Sequence record: NC_012575.1
Direction: 5' to 3' (one strand)
Length of the DNA: 32,000 bases
Positions within the stretch are counted from its first letter, which is position 1, and each line of letters starts with the position of its first letter. The position numbers and the translations under genes were made by a program. Positions 13,426-25,812 of the stretch are shown one piece after another. The notes under the pieces are model-generated. The model ran no database searches and was not told where the DNA came from. It saw only the letters and a list, made by a program, of their open reading frames with translations.

Positions 13426-16400
13426 TTAAACATAAAGACCTGTTCCTGCAGGAATAAGACGACCTAAAATAACATTTTCTTTAAGTCCAGTTAACCAATC
13501 AATTTGACCTTCGACAGCAGCACGCGTTAAAACACGTTTAGTTTCCTGGAAACTTGCAGCTGCGATAAAACTCTCTGCAGCTAAAGATGCACGAGTAATA
13601 CCAAGTAAAATTGGACGATATTGTACTGGATTTGATCCTTTCTTTGCTTCAAAATGTTCTACACGACGTAAATCAATTACGTCACCAGGTAATAAATTTG
13701 TTTCACCTGGATCAGTAATTAAAACATAAGTAGTCATTTGACGAACAATAATTTCAATATGTTTATCAGAAATAAACACACCTTGTGATCCATATACTGC
13801 TTGGACTTCATTCACTAACATACGACGAATTTCTTGAAGACTACGACGGCAGCCCTCACGTAAACCATATGTCTTTGAATAAAATAAGAAAAGTGTTGCT
13901 AATTGTGCATGCATACTGGAAGCAATTTTCTCGACAGGTTCTCGAGCTTCTAATAATTCATCAACTTTTGGTAACCCTTGAACAATATCACCAGCATCCG
14001 ATTCAAATGAAAGAAGTGTCCCAAAAGAAACATCTTTTTGTATTAATTGACCCTGGTCCACTAATAATGATGACCCACTTGACATTGCATATGAGTAGAC
14101 ACGACGTAAAATAATTGATGTTTCATCAATATGAATTACTTGTCCGCCATAAGGTGTTCGAATCCCTGGCATTAATTCATCACCAACACGTAAATATTGA
14201 CCAAGCACGACTAAACATTTTTCACCTGAACGCTTAAATCCATGCTGATTTTGTTTTGTAATAGCAAGACCTGGCAGACGAATTTCACCCTCTAATCCAT
14301 AGTAAAAATTCAAATTTTTATTAGCTGCAGTTAAAGTACCGTTTTGTGTTGAATAAACTTCCATTGGAAGTTGGTACTCTAAAGAATTTTGTGAGATTGG
14401 CGAACCAGTAGTTATAAGATTACTTGCTAATGGAAAACGATTTGGCTTTTCGTGTCTAGATTTAATACTTAGACTAGTAGATAGCAAACGTTTACAAACT
14501 TCTTGCCAATTTAAGAAATGATCACCATTATTAGCGTTTATTACTCTAGTTTGTACTAAATCTTGTACTGGTCCTGTTTGACAAATTTGTGAAGCATCTT
14601 TATATGGCTGTACTAGTGAAACTGATGCATTAAAATTTACAGATTCATTTTTATGCGAATTTGTACTAATTAATAAATCATTAGCAATATCTAGGGGAAT
14701 ATTAATATTCGTATTACGGACTAACGACTTATTTGTACTAACTCTAAAACATGACTTTCCAAGTTTAATTCGTAAACTAGAATCTTTTAAACCTTTTTTT
14801 CGAATACTTCGTAAACAACTATTACGCCAAAGTCCAAAAGTTTTATGGGCAAAAACATTTAAACAAGCTGACTTAAGAGCCTGCTTACTCTTAGAAGAAG
14901 AAGTAGGAGAAATAAGTGAAATTTGATAATTACCAGTGGTTTTAACCAGATTCACATTATATTCCACTGGTACAGTAAAGCCAGTTGTTGGATAATTTGA
15001 AAGTTTCCAAAGTCTAGTTACTGATTTATGCTCAGAATTTAATGTCACAATATTTAAATCTGAGTTCTGATTCGATACATCATAAGCAAACCCAAATTTA
15101 TTGTGAGCTGTAAACCAATTTACCAACTTAGAATTAATTGAAATATCAAGTACTAAAGAAGATCCAAATAATTTACGGTCACTTGGAATAAGTTCAGTAT
15201 AACCATCGAATTTTGATAACGTTTCTGCAGTTAAAAAATTAATATTAGTATAAACCGGCAGTTCCAATTTCTGTCGATTTTTAGCAAAAAGTTGAGATGG
15301 AGTTAACTTCATTTTTAAACCAACAAGTTGATCAATTTGTGCAAATGCTTGCTGTTGTTGTTTATAAACTGTTTTATATGAAGCAAAAGGTGTAACTTTT
15401 AGACGTGAAGAAAGACCTTGATATTTTAATAATTTTTCTGCTGCTGCTTGATATGAATCACTAGGAGGACTATTTAAACCATTCTGATCAACAATTGGTT
15501 TAAAAGTAAACGGTTGAAATGTTTTATGGAAATAATCTCCACGGTAATTTAAATTATTACGTAATAATAAGCCAGAAAGAATCCAAATAAAACCATAACC
15601 AGCAAAAACTTTTGGTACTTGATTTACTGATTTGTTTGATAAAGCTCTACTACTCTGTCGACTACGTATAAAAGCAGTATTTTTATTGTAATAAATCTGA
15701 CCCGTATCAGGCGCAAGAAGTTGCTTTTCAACAACTTTCATATCACCAGATGTTTCCGGTAATTGTGAATCGGCATCAATACGTGACAACTCAGCAACAC
15801 TTTGATGAAACATTACATATTGACCAGGATAAACAAATAGAAGTGTAAATGCTGGAAATTGAAGAATTACTGATTTGGATCGCTCAGGTCGCGTAATTTT
15901 AATCGACACAGGCACAACCGTTAAAAATGCAGGTTCCCCAAATCGTGTTGTAACTTTTCGACCACGTGGTGTACCACTATAAGAAATAACTCCAGAATAA
16001 GGTGCATAGACTTTTTCTGTGGCTTCACCTGCGAATACCCCACCAGTGTGGAATGTACGCATTGTGAGTTGTGTTCCAGGCTCTCCAATTGACTGAGCTG
16101 CAAGTACACCAACAGCTTCACCTAATTGGACTAATCGATGTTTCGACAAATCCCAACCATAACAAAGCTGACAAACAGAATTTAAACGACATGTTAATGC
16201 AGAACGAACTACAACTTTAGGTAATTTAATTAGTTGAGCTGCAAGTGCAGGTGAAATTTCTGTATTTTTACGAGCTAAATATTTTCCAGTTTGTTCATCA
16301 ACTACGGGCTGTAATAAAACACGACCCATAATATTAGCATATTCATTTTTATCAGAAGGTATTACTTCAAGACCTTCAGTTGTTTCACAATCTACTTGTT

Positions 16401-17034
16401 GAATAATTACACTCTGAGCAACATCTACTAAACGACGTGTTAAATACCCTGAATTGGCTGTACGTAAAGCTGTATCAACTAACCCTTTTCGTGCACCATA
16501 ACATGAAATCATATACTCTGTTACAGTTAAACCTTCACGGAAATTACGACGAATTGGAAAGTCTAAAACTTGTCCTTGTTGATCAGCCATAAGACCACGC
16601 ATTCCAACAAGTTGACGTACTTGTGAAATATTTCCACGTGCTCCAGAAAAGGCCATCATATATACAGGGTTAAAAATATCAGTTTCACGGAAGTGAGCAA
16701 TTACTTCATTTTTTAATGTATCGTTTGTAGTGTTCCAAATATCCAGAGCTTTTTCTAAACGCTCTACCGCTGTAATCTGTCCACGGGTATAACGTAGATC
16801 ATTATCTAAAATATCTTTTTCTGCATTTTTCAAAAATACAGATTTTACTGGTGGAATACGTAAATCATCAATACCTAATGAAATACCCGCCAGTGTAGCG
16901 GAATGAAATCCTAGTGTTTTTAAATGGTCGACAAAACGGGTAGCTTTTTGCGTTCCGTAATTAAGTAAAACCCATTTAATTAAACGTTTCATTTCACTTT
17001 TATCAACCGTTCGGTTACAAAAAAAGGTTTTCAT
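13426..17034 (-). CDS. rpoC2: RNA polymerase beta'' subunit
   Basis: 1202-aa ORF with a conserved N-terminal third (FCNRTVDKSEMKRLIKW, AFSGARGN, QSIGEPGTQLTMRTFHTGGV) and C-terminus (ASFQETKRVLTRAAVEGQIDWLTGLKENVILGRLIPAGTG). The middle region is poorly conserved. Confidence 0.95.
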   Translation of the reverse strand: MKTFFCNRTVDKSEMKRLIKWVLLNYGTQKATRFVDHLKTLGFHSATLAGISLGIDDLRIPPVKSVFLKNAEKDILDNDLRYTRGQITAVERLEKALDIWNTTNDTLKNEVIAHFRETDIFNPVYMMAFSGARGNISQVRQLVGMRGLMADQQGQVLDFPIRRNFREGLTVTEYMISCYGARKGLVDTALRTANSGYLTRRLVDVAQSVIIQQVDCETTEGLEVIPSDKNEYANIMGRVLLQPVVDEQTGKYLARKNTEISPALAAQLIKLPKVVVRSALTCRLNSVCQLCYGWDLSKHRLVQLGEAVGVLAAQSIGEPGTQLTMRTFHTGGVFAGEATEKVYAPYSGVISYSGTPRGRKVTTRFGEPAFLTVVPVSIKITRPERSKSVILQFPAFTLLFVYPGQYVMFHQSVAELSRIDADSQLPETSGDMKVVEKQLLAPDTGQIYYNKNTAFIRSRQSSRALSNKSVNQVPKVFAGYGFIWILSGLLLRNNLNYRGDYFHKTFQPFTFKPIVDQNGLNSPPSDSYQAAAEKLLKYQGLSSRLKVTPFASYKTVYKQQQQAFAQIDQLVGLKMKLTPSQLFAKNRQKLELPVYTNINFLTAETLSKFDGYTELIPSDRKLFGSSLVLDISINSKLVNWFTAHNKFGFAYDVSNQNSDLNIVTLNSEHKSVTRLWKLSNYPTTGFTVPVEYNVNLVKTTGNYQISLISPTSSSKSKQALKSACLNVFAHKTFGLWRNSCLRSIRKKGLKDSSLRIKLGKSCFRVSTNKSLVRNTNINIPLDIANDLLISTNSHKNESVNFNASVSLVQPYKDASQICQTGPVQDLVQTRVINANNGDHFLNWQEVCKRLLSTSLSIKSRHEKPNRFPLASNLITTGSPISQNSLEYQLPMEVYSTQNGTLTAANKNLNFYYGLEGEIRLPGLAITKQNQHGFKRSGEKCLVVLGQYLRVGDELMPGIRTPYGGQVIHIDETSIILRRVYSYAMSSGSSLLVDQGQLIQKDVSFGTLLSFESDAGDIVQGLPKVDELLEAREPVEKIASSMHAQLATLFLFYSKTYGLREGCRRSLQEIRRMLVNEVQAVYGSQGVFISDKHIEIIVRQMTTYVLITDPGETNLLPGDVIDLRRVEHFEAKKGSNPVQYRPILLGITRASLAAESFIAAASFQETKRVLTRAAVEGQIDWLTGLKENVILGRLIPAGTGLYV

Positions 17035-19396
17035 AAATGAGAGAATTCAAAATTAGTCGTCCAGGAGTTGTACGAAGATAGAATGTCGATAAAGACATAC
17101 GATGCATTTGTGATACATGTCCAAAAACAGGTTCCACCGATGTTTCTGATGGGACTGCAAGTTGTAATGTTGATTGCATTGGCAATGAATAAATCGGCCA
17201 AGATTCAGTTACAACAGCATCATAAATTAATGTGTTATGACCATTTGCTTGTACTCGGCCTTCAACCGGTAAAGAATTTTGACAATCAGAAGGGGCCTCA
17301 GCTTTTACCCAAACTAAATCATGAAGTTGTAATGCCCCTAATGAATAACGTTGAAGTACACGATCAAATGTTTCAAATACTTTAAACGTTGGCTTTATTA
17401 CTTCTTTAAGTACACGTACTTGATTAGTTTGTGAACTTGGCTTAATTTGTCGTCGGGTTGTTAAATAGTAAAATCCAAGAATCATATCTTGACTTGGAAG
17501 GATACTTGGTTCACCCGTAGCAGGAGAAAGCCAGTTATGAGTAGCTAACATTAATAAACGTGCTTCAGCTCTAGCTTCTAATGATAATGGAATATGAACA
17601 GCCATTTGGTCACCATCAAAATCGGCATTAAAAGCAGGACATACTAAAGGGTGTAATTGAATTGCACGTCCAGAAAGTAAAATTGGTTCAAATGCCTGAA
17701 TCCCTAGACGGTGTAATGTCGGTGCACGGTTTAATAATAATGGGTGAGCATATACAACATGTTCAAGAATATCCCAAACTTTTTGAGTACGTTTCTGAAT
17801 TAAATTCTTAGCTGCACGAATATTACGAACAACACCGTGCTCAAGTAATGCTTGAATAATAAAGGGATGGAATAACTCTAAAGCCATTTCACGTGGTAAA
17901 CCACATTGGTGTAATCGTAATTTAGGTCCAACTACAATAACTGAACGTCCTGAATAATCAACACGTTTTCCTAATAAATTTTGTCTAAAGCGACCATGTT
18001 TACCTTCAATAATTGCCGTTAATGATTTAAAAACAGTCTTATTCGGGCGTTGGGCAGGTTTTTCAAGACGTCCATTATCAATAATGGCATCAGCGGCTTC
18101 TTGCAAGAGACAAAGATCATGTCGGATAAGTAGATCTGGTAAAAATTCAGCATCAAATAAATTACAAAATTTATCAAAACGAATCTTTCGGTAAATTAAC
18201 CGACGATATAAATCATTTAAATCAGAAGCAGCAAAACGACCACTTGCCATTTGAATCATTGGTCGTAAATCTGGTGGTAAAACCGGAAAAACAGAAACAA
18301 TCATCCATTCTGGACGTAATTGTTTACGCGCTAATAAACGAACATAATGTAAACGTTTTGCTAATTTTTTAATCTTTGCATTTAATCCACGATTACGCTG
18401 ACCTTGACGCGTTAATTTTAAATTACGTAAATGTTTAATATTTTCTTCTTGTTCTTCTTCTGTCGGTTCCCAACCTGGATTTAAATCTGAAACTTGATCC
18501 ATACCAAAACGATCTAACTCATCAAAAGTAGTTTCAATATACTTTTTACGAGATTTCGAATGATATGTCTTCACTTTTTGACGTAAACGTGTGCTAAGCA
18601 TACGCTCCATAAAAGGTAAGTCTAATTGACTAAGAAGTGCATGAGCAGCTTCCGCACCACAGTTTTCTGTTGTTCGTGGTTCTAAAGGTAAACCATATTT
18701 TGTTTTTTGATGCTCCCCATGTGTCCAAGCATCAATATTCCATACAGCTTCAATATCTAATTCATCTTTGCTAATTTCCCCCATCCCAAGTTCAAAACTT
18801 GATTTTTGAGGCATATGGCCTAAACCTGTATGAATAGCTTCCCATTCATCAATATACCATTCGGTTCCACCATGTAAAAAATAGTTCATTACACCAGCTG
18901 AAGATGGTGTATAGGAATCAAAGTGAAGTAACTCATCCGTTTGCCCAGCACTAATATTTAACAATACTGATAAAATATTTGGCGTATTACGGAAATACCA
19001 TAAATGCGCAACAGGTTTACGTAAACGAATACAACCCATACGATAGCGACGAACTTTTGAATCGGTTGGTTCCACTCCACAGGTCGGGCAAACATAACCT
19101 GCTGAGTCATCATTTGCTATAAAAGTAGTACCTTCATCAAGAGGAATAACTCCTGGCTTTTGTAATGGTTTACGACGTCGTGTTTTTCCACATGAACATT
19201 CATTATTTACAATTGATCCAAAAATACGTTCACAAAATAAACCATCACGCTCAGGTTTAAATGTTCGATAATTAATGGTGTCAGCTTTTGTAATCTCCCC
19301 AACAAGTTGGTTATTCGGGAGTACACGCAACGACCACCGTTCAATCTCTTTAGGGGACGCGACTTGGATTTGAATATAATCAATATCGTGACTCAT
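17015..19396 (-). CDS. rpoC1: RNA polymerase beta' subunit (N-terminal half homologue)
   Basis: 793-aa ORF with the Zn-finger region, NADFDGDQMAVH catalytic motif and PEWMIVSVFPVLPPDLRP. It overlaps the rpoC2 start by 20 nt. Confidence 0.96.
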   Translation of the reverse strand: MSHDIDYIQIQVASPKEIERWSLRVLPNNQLVGEITKADTINYRTFKPERDGLFCERIFGSIVNNECSCGKTRRRKPLQKPGVIPLDEGTTFIANDDSAGYVCPTCGVEPTDSKVRRYRMGCIRLRKPVAHLWYFRNTPNILSVLLNISAGQTDELLHFDSYTPSSAGVMNYFLHGGTEWYIDEWEAIHTGLGHMPQKSSFELGMGEISKDELDIEAVWNIDAWTHGEHQKTKYGLPLEPRTTENCGAEAAHALLSQLDLPFMERMLSTRLRQKVKTYHSKSRKKYIETTFDELDRFGMDQVSDLNPGWEPTEEEQEENIKHLRNLKLTRQGQRNRGLNAKIKKLAKRLHYVRLLARKQLRPEWMIVSVFPVLPPDLRPMIQMASGRFAASDLNDLYRRLIYRKIRFDKFCNLFDAEFLPDLLIRHDLCLLQEAADAIIDNGRLEKPAQRPNKTVFKSLTAIIEGKHGRFRQNLLGKRVDYSGRSVIVVGPKLRLHQCGLPREMALELFHPFIIQALLEHGVVRNIRAAKNLIQKRTQKVWDILEHVVYAHPLLLNRAPTLHRLGIQAFEPILLSGRAIQLHPLVCPAFNADFDGDQMAVHIPLSLEARAEARLLMLATHNWLSPATGEPSILPSQDMILGFYYLTTRRQIKPSSQTNQVRVLKEVIKPTFKVFETFDRVLQRYSLGALQLHDLVWVKAEAPSDCQNSLPVEGRVQANGHNTLIYDAVVTESWPIYSLPMQSTLQLAVPSETSVEPVFGHVSQMHRMSLSTFYLRTTPGRLILNSLIYENLFL

Positions 19397-19503
19397 AATA
19401 ATTTAAGTTGGATAGATAAAAAAATTATCTGATTCATATACAAAAATTTGTATAGATATAACAGATTTTGAAAGGTTGTCCATTTCTTTAGAAATGTTCA
19501 CTT

Positions 19504-22500
19504 TTAATTAGAAGGAATTTGAGAGAGACTAATATCAAGACAAAGACCACGTAATTCACATACTAATACTTTAAATGATTCAGGAACACCCGGTTTTGGC
19601 AGTAAATTTCCACGAATAATCGACATAAAAGCAAGATTACGACCACGCATATCGTCGGACTTAATTGTTAATAATTCTTGTAATGTATATGCTGCACCAA
19701 ATCCTTCAAGTGCCCAAACTTCCATTTCTCCTAAACGTTGCCCACCATGTTTTGAACGACCACCTAATGGTTGCTGCGTCACAAGTGAATAAGGCCCAGT
19801 TGAACGAGCATGAATTTTATCGTCTACTAAGTGAACTAATTTTAAGATATATGGATACCCTACAGTAACAGGTTGGTCAAATGGGTAACCTGTTCGACCA
19901 TCAAATAAAATACTTTTCCCTGGTGATTCAGGACGGAATACCCATTTTTGATTTGTTGCACAACGAGCTTTATATAATTGCTGATAAACAAATCCACGGG
20001 ATACTTCATCACCATGCATTTCATCAAATGGTAAAACTTTATAATTTTGCTCTAAAGTATGAGCTGCTAACCCAAGAAGACATTCAAAAATTTGACCCAC
20101 ATTCATACGAGAAGGTACACCTAATGGATTTAAGACCATATCTACAGGTGTTCCATTTTGTAAGAATGGCATATCTTGACGAGGTAAAATATTTGAAATG
20201 ATTCCCTTGTTTCCATGGCGACCTGCAATTTTATCACCAACTTGAACTTTACGCTTTTGTACTAAGAAAATATGTACCGAACCAACAGATTCATATGAAT
20301 CTAATTCTTCGTTATATTTAGTTTTTTCAAATAATGTTCGACATTCTAATACGCGACCTGTCACCCCACTTGGGACCACCAATGGAGTATCTTTTACATC
20401 ACGTGTAGCTCCTCCAAAAATAGCACGAAGTAAACGACCTTCTGGAGTATTCTCAGATTCTTGTTGTGGAGAAACTTTTCCAACAAGAATATCACCTGGT
20501 TCAACCCATGTTCCAACTTTAATAACCCCAAATTCATCAAGATGGGTATTCTTTTCAACTTTAGAAGTGATATATTCTTGACCATCACGTGTACGAGAAG
20601 TCGAAATATCATAACGTTCAATATGAACAGATGTAAAAACATCATCAAACACTAAACGTTCACTTACTAAAACAGCATCCTCAAAGTTATATCCTTCCCA
20701 TGGCATATAAGCCACAAGGAGATTCTTTCCAAGGGCTAACTCGCCAGCCACTGTCGATGCAGTATCAGCTAAACATTCACCAGCATGAACCCAAGTATTT
20801 GGTACAACACTTGGACGTTGATGCATACATGTATCTTGGTTTGAGCGTTGATATGTTGTAAGTGAAATTGTTTCACGTTTAAAAGTAGGTTCATTTACAA
20901 ATTGACTCACTGATGATTTTTCAGTTAATACATCAATACGTTGTGCATCTGCATATAAGACATATCCACTCTTACGAATACGTGCAACTGCTCCCGAATC
21001 ATGTGTAACACGAGCTTCTAATCCAGTTCCAACAAAAGCCCGTTGTGGTGTTAAAAGAGAAACAGCTTGGCGTTGCATATTTGAACCCATTAATGCACGG
21101 TTTGCATCATCATGCTCCAAAAATGGGATTAATGCTGTAGCAATTGACATAAATTGAATTGGACATAATCCTAAGAAAGTAATTTCATTTGGATCAGTTT
21201 CAATAAATTCACGACGTGTACGAGCGGGAACACGAGCTGCTGTCATTTGTGTATCCGCTGCAGCAACAATCACTTTATCCTCATACGAAGCATTCAATAA
21301 GAAAAAACCATCATCCTGATTAGATTTTTCTGATTCCATAAGAATATATGGACTTTCTAAAAAGCCATCAGAATTTACACGTGCATATGTCGCAATAGAA
21401 CCTACTAATCCAGCATTTTTCCCTTCGGGCGTTTCAATTGGACAAATACGACCATAATAACTTGGGTGAATACCACGAACAATTAGACCTGCACGATCAC
21501 GGTGTAAACCGCCAGGTCCTAATGAACTTAAACGGCGTTTATGGGTAATTTCTGCTAATGGATTTGTCTGATCCATAAACTGTGATAATTGGTTTGACCC
21601 AAAAAATTCTTTGAAAACAGATCCAACAATTTGTGTTCGGATAAGTGATGGAAGAGCAACACCTAAACGTTTTTGTCGTAATAGTGTTTCATCACTAATA
21701 CGTGTATGTACACTACGCTCTAAACGATTTAATCCTAATCGAAACTGTGTTTGAATTAACTCTCCAGCTAAACGCGCACGACGGTTTTTTAAATGATCAA
21801 TGTCATCTAAAAATTGAGTTTCTCCATTACTTACACGAAGAAGATAATCTACACCTGCAAGAACATCCTCTGGCATTAAAGTTAAAGAAGGAAGATTATG
21901 ACGCATACGTAATTTACGATTAATACGTTTACGGCCAACCTCACTTAAGCTATAACGTCGCGCATGAAAAAAATGAGTAAATAAAAACTTCTTTGCTTTT
22001 AAAACACTTCCAGCACGATGTGGAAACATTAATGCAGTCATCATAACCATGGCATCTTCACAAGATTGTGGCTTTAAAAGAGATTCAGTAAATACTAATG
22101 CATTTGGATCACTTACAACTGCACAAACTTGTTTAAAATTAAAACCAAGTGCTGCTAATAGAAGGGTAACAGGTAATTTACGTAAATTATCAATACACGC
22201 ATACACTTCAGGATTACGTGGTACTGTTTCAAGACGAAGCCACGAACCATAAGAAGATAAAAAACTTACTAAATGTGAACGACGATTCTTTTGATCAAAC
22301 TGTGCTTTAATATATACCCCTGGACAACGCACAATTTGGTGAACAATGACACGCGGTGATCCATTAATAATAAATGTTCCATGCTCGGTCATTAATGGAA
22401 GATCACAAAAGGTTACTGGTAACACACAACTCACATCTAAACTTTGCGAAGAAATATGAACAGGTACCACAAGCTGACTACTATATGTTTCCATATTATG

Positions 22501-22734
22501 AATTGCCTCTTGTGGTGTATAACTTGGTGCCTTTAAATAAAAATCTTGAGCTAAAAAAGATACAGAAATATAACGGTTCGTCGGTTGTCGGATACTTGTT
22601 CCTAACGAATTTCCAATAATGGGAGAAACAAATTCAAGTTCGCGACGAATCCCAGTCTCTAAAAAAAGACGAAAACTTTTCCGTTGTGCATCAAGAAAAT
22701 CAGGGATGGCCACTTTTTGACGAAACAAAATCAT
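19504..22734 (-). CDS. rpoB: RNA polymerase beta subunit
   Basis: 1076-aa ORF with beta-subunit motifs (GRHGNKGIIS, LSSLGPGGL, RSTGPYSLVTQQPLGGRSKHGGQRLGEMEVWALEGFGAAYTLQELLT). Unexpanded length. Confidence 0.97.
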   Translation of the reverse strand: MILFRQKVAIPDFLDAQRKSFRLFLETGIRRELEFVSPIIGNSLGTSIRQPTNRYISVSFLAQDFYLKAPSYTPQEAIHNMETYSSQLVVPVHISSQSLDVSCVLPVTFCDLPLMTEHGTFIINGSPRVIVHQIVRCPGVYIKAQFDQKNRRSHLVSFLSSYGSWLRLETVPRNPEVYACIDNLRKLPVTLLLAALGFNFKQVCAVVSDPNALVFTESLLKPQSCEDAMVMMTALMFPHRAGSVLKAKKFLFTHFFHARRYSLSEVGRKRINRKLRMRHNLPSLTLMPEDVLAGVDYLLRVSNGETQFLDDIDHLKNRRARLAGELIQTQFRLGLNRLERSVHTRISDETLLRQKRLGVALPSLIRTQIVGSVFKEFFGSNQLSQFMDQTNPLAEITHKRRLSSLGPGGLHRDRAGLIVRGIHPSYYGRICPIETPEGKNAGLVGSIATYARVNSDGFLESPYILMESEKSNQDDGFFLLNASYEDKVIVAAADTQMTAARVPARTRREFIETDPNEITFLGLCPIQFMSIATALIPFLEHDDANRALMGSNMQRQAVSLLTPQRAFVGTGLEARVTHDSGAVARIRKSGYVLYADAQRIDVLTEKSSVSQFVNEPTFKRETISLTTYQRSNQDTCMHQRPSVVPNTWVHAGECLADTASTVAGELALGKNLLVAYMPWEGYNFEDAVLVSERLVFDDVFTSVHIERYDISTSRTRDGQEYITSKVEKNTHLDEFGVIKVGTWVEPGDILVGKVSPQQESENTPEGRLLRAIFGGATRDVKDTPLVVPSGVTGRVLECRTLFEKTKYNEELDSYESVGSVHIFLVQKRKVQVGDKIAGRHGNKGIISNILPRQDMPFLQNGTPVDMVLNPLGVPSRMNVGQIFECLLGLAAHTLEQNYKVLPFDEMHGDEVSRGFVYQQLYKARCATNQKWVFRPESPGKSILFDGRTGYPFDQPVTVGYPYILKLVHLVDDKIHARSTGPYSLVTQQPLGGRSKHGGQRLGEMEVWALEGFGAAYTLQELLTIKSDDMRGRNLAFMSIIRGNLLPKPGVPESFKVLVCELRGLCLDISLSQIPSN

Positions 22735-22875
22735 ATAGATATGAATAAATGATTGATTATAAATCGAGAAATTTATTTTAATACTAGTTGAAAATAACTA
22801 GGTCTAAAATGTAGAGTTGATAAACAGACCAAAATGTTGTAATCTATAAAGTATAAAACTGAGTTACAAAAAAAT

Positions 22876-22947
22876 GGCGGTGTAGCCAAGTGGTAAGGCA
22901 GAGGACTGCAAATCCTTTATCCCCCAGTTCGAATCTGGGCACCGCCT
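22876..22947 (+). tRNA. trnC: tRNA-Cys(GCA)
   Basis: GGCGGTGTAGCCAAGTGGTAAGGCAGAGGACTGCAAATCCTTTATCCCCCAGTTCGAATCTGGGCACCGCCT. Cloverleaf with the GCA anticodon in loop CTGCAAA. Confidence 0.95.
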
Positions 22948-22972
22948 AAAAAAATAGATATAAATAGTTAAA

Positions 22973-22993
22973 TTTCTTCTAATTCAGAAGAAA
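22973..22993. terminator. Hairpin downstream of trnC
   Basis: TTTCTTCT-aattc-AGAAGAAA, an 8-bp stem with a 5-nt loop, 26 nt after trnC. Confidence 0.3.
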
Positions 22994-23345
22994 AAATAAG
23001 TATTAATCAATACCCTCTAAGACAATTTAGAGGTTTATTATTGATAATAATTGTCGTAAATATTAAAAAATTAAGTCTTTGTTACATGTTACGGAGGCCT
23101 ACAATTGTCCAAAAAAATATTTATAAGTGCTGCTTCTTTTCAGCCCTGACACAGTTCAAAATCTTTTTCCGACAAAAGTAGGACTACTTTAAGTATATTT
23201 TTTTGTGGATATAAAAGCAAGTGCTTTATTCACACAGAAAAATAAGTATTTATAATATCTGCATATATTTGGATTGAAAACCAATAGAAACTTGGAAAAC
23301 AATCACAAATATAAAAACAGAATTATAAAAATGGTAGGACTGGAA

Positions 23346-24578
23346 TTACTCAAGAATTGTTGATACTACACCTGCACCAACAGTACGTCCACCTTCACGA
23401 ATTGCAAAACGCATTCCGTTTTCAATTGCAATTGGCTGAATAAGCTCTACAATCATTTTTACACGGTCACCAGGCATTACCATAGTTGCCTCATCACCAT
23501 CATCAGTTTTGAATGATTCAATTTTTCCTGTTACGTCAGTTGTACGAACATAGAATTGAGGACGGTACCCTGGGAAGAATGGAGTGTGTCGTCCACCCTC
23601 TTCTTTTGTAAGAACGTATACTTGAGATTCAAATTTTGTGTGTGGCTTAATTGTCCCTGTTTTTGCAAGTACCATTCCACGCTCAATATCATCTTTTTGC
23701 ACTCCACGAAGAAGTACTCCAACGTTATCTCCCGCTACACTTTCATCAAGAGTCTTTTGGAACATCTCAAGACCTGTAACAGTTACTTCACGTGTATCAC
23801 CAAGACCTACGATCTCTACTACATCTCCAACTTTAACTGTTCCACGCTCAACACGTCCAGTTGCTACTGTACCACGACCAGTAATTGAGAATACATCTTC
23901 AACAGCCATAAGGAATGTCTTTTCTGTATCACGCTCAGGTGTAGGAATGTACTGGTCTACCTGATCCATTAAGTTGTAAATTTTATCTACCCACTTGTTG
24001 TCACCAGCAGCAATAGCTGAGTTTTCTGTTAATGCTTCTAATGCAAGAAGTGCAGATCCAGCTACTACTGGAATATCATCACCAGGGAATTCGTAGCTGC
24101 TAAGTGTATCACGTACTTCAAGCTCTACGAGCTCAAGAAGTTCATCATCATCAACTTGATCTTCTTTGTTAAGGAACACAACCATGTTAGGTACTCCAAC
24201 TTGCTTCGCAAGAAGGATGTGCTCTTTAGTTTGTGGCATTGGTCCGTCAGCACCTGATACTACAAGAATTGCACCATCCATTTGTGCAGCACCTGTAATC
24301 ATGTTCTTAACATAGTCAGCGTGACCTGGACAGTCTACGTGTGCATAGTGACGAGTTTCTGTTTCATACTCTACGTGTGCAGTGTTAATAGTAATTCCAC
24401 GTGCTTTTTCTTCCGGAGCTGAGTCAATATCAGCATATCCTTTACCACCTTGCTTTCCACCACGTGCAGACATTGCCATAGTAATTGCTGCAGTAAGAGT
24501 TGTCTTTCCGTGGTCAACGTGACCAATTGTTCCAATGTTTACGTGTGGTTTTGTACGTTCAAACTTTTCGCGTGCCAT
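23346..24578 (-). CDS. tufA: elongation factor Tu
   Basis: 410-aa ORF with [36 protein letters not shown] and NKED GTPase motifs. Plastid-encoded tufA marks an algal, non-land-plant plastome. Confidence 0.98.
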   Translation of the reverse strand: MAREKFERTKPHVNIGTIGHVDHGKTTLTAAITMAMSARGGKQGGKGYADIDSAPEEKARGITINTAHVEYETETRHYAHVDCPGHADYVKNMITGAAQMDGAILVVSGADGPMPQTKEHILLAKQVGVPNMVVFLNKEDQVDDDELLELVELEVRDTLSSYEFPGDDIPVVAGSALLALEALTENSAIAAGDNKWVDKIYNLMDQVDQYIPTPERDTEKTFLMAVEDVFSITGRGTVATGRVERGTVKVGDVVEIVGLGDTREVTVTGLEMFQKTLDESVAGDNVGVLLRGVQKDDIERGMVLAKTGTIKPHTKFESQVYVLTKEEGGRHTPFFPGYRPQFYVRTTDVTGKIESFKTDDGDEATMVMPGDRVKMIVELIQPIAIENGMRFAIREGGRTVGAGVVSTILE

Positions 24579-24637
24579 AATTTAAAATAAGTTAAAATCA
24601 ATTTGATTTTGGCTAAAAATTATTCAGATTTCTATAA

Positions 24638-25108
24638 TTAGAATCGGAAATGTGCAAAAGCCTTATTTGCTTCTGCCATACGGTGAGTATCTTCACGCTT
24701 ACGGATAGCCCCACCTGTATTATTTGCTGCATCCATAATTTCTGCAGCGAGCTTTACTACCATACTACGTCCAGAACGTGCACGTGCAGCAACAAGAAGC
24801 CAACGAAGAGCAAGAGCTGTTCCACGATCAGATTTAACTTCAAGTGGTACTTGAAGTACAGCTCCACCTACACGACGAGATTTTACTTCAACTTTTGGTG
24901 TAATGTTTAAAACAGCCTGACGAAGTACCTCAAGTGGATCTTGTGATGTTGTTTCTGAAATATGAGTCATTGCTTCGTAAAAAATACGGTATGCAACACT
25001 TTTTTTACCTTTCTTTAAAAGGTGGCTTACTAAAAGACTTACTAAGCGGCTTTGATATACTGGATCCGGCGCAACCGGACGCTTTTTTGCAACTTTTCTA
25101 CGAGACAT
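24638..25108 (-). CDS. rps7: ribosomal protein S7
   Basis: 156-aa [50 protein letters not shown], typical S7. Located between rps12 and tufA. Confidence 0.94.
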   Translation of the reverse strand: MSRRKVAKKRPVAPDPVYQSRLVSLLVSHLLKKGKKSVAYRIFYEAMTHISETTSQDPLEVLRQAVLNITPKVEVKSRRVGGAVLQVPLEVKSDRGTALALRWLLVAARARSGRSMVVKLAAEIMDAANNTGGAIRKREDTHRMAEANKAFAHFRF

Positions 25109-25162
25109 AAGGTCAATTAAACGTTTAAATATTAACTAGAAGAAAAACGAAAAAGATACTAT

Positions 25163-25758
<596 letters not shown>

Positions 25759-25812
25759 AGATAAATTAAACTAAAAAATAAACAATTGTATTTTTTAATA
25801 CTTATATAAATA

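Noticed and set aside
22994-23345. Feature-poor A/T-rich spacers of about 300-400 nt (also 25847-26149 and 28965-29294), scanned for small plastid genes (psbI/K/L/M/T, petG/L/N, psaI/J/M, rpl36, ycf12) and tRNAs.
   Set aside because: I found no hydrophobic mini-ORF with a plausible start and no cloverleaf on either strand. They are presumably promoter or UTR spacers.
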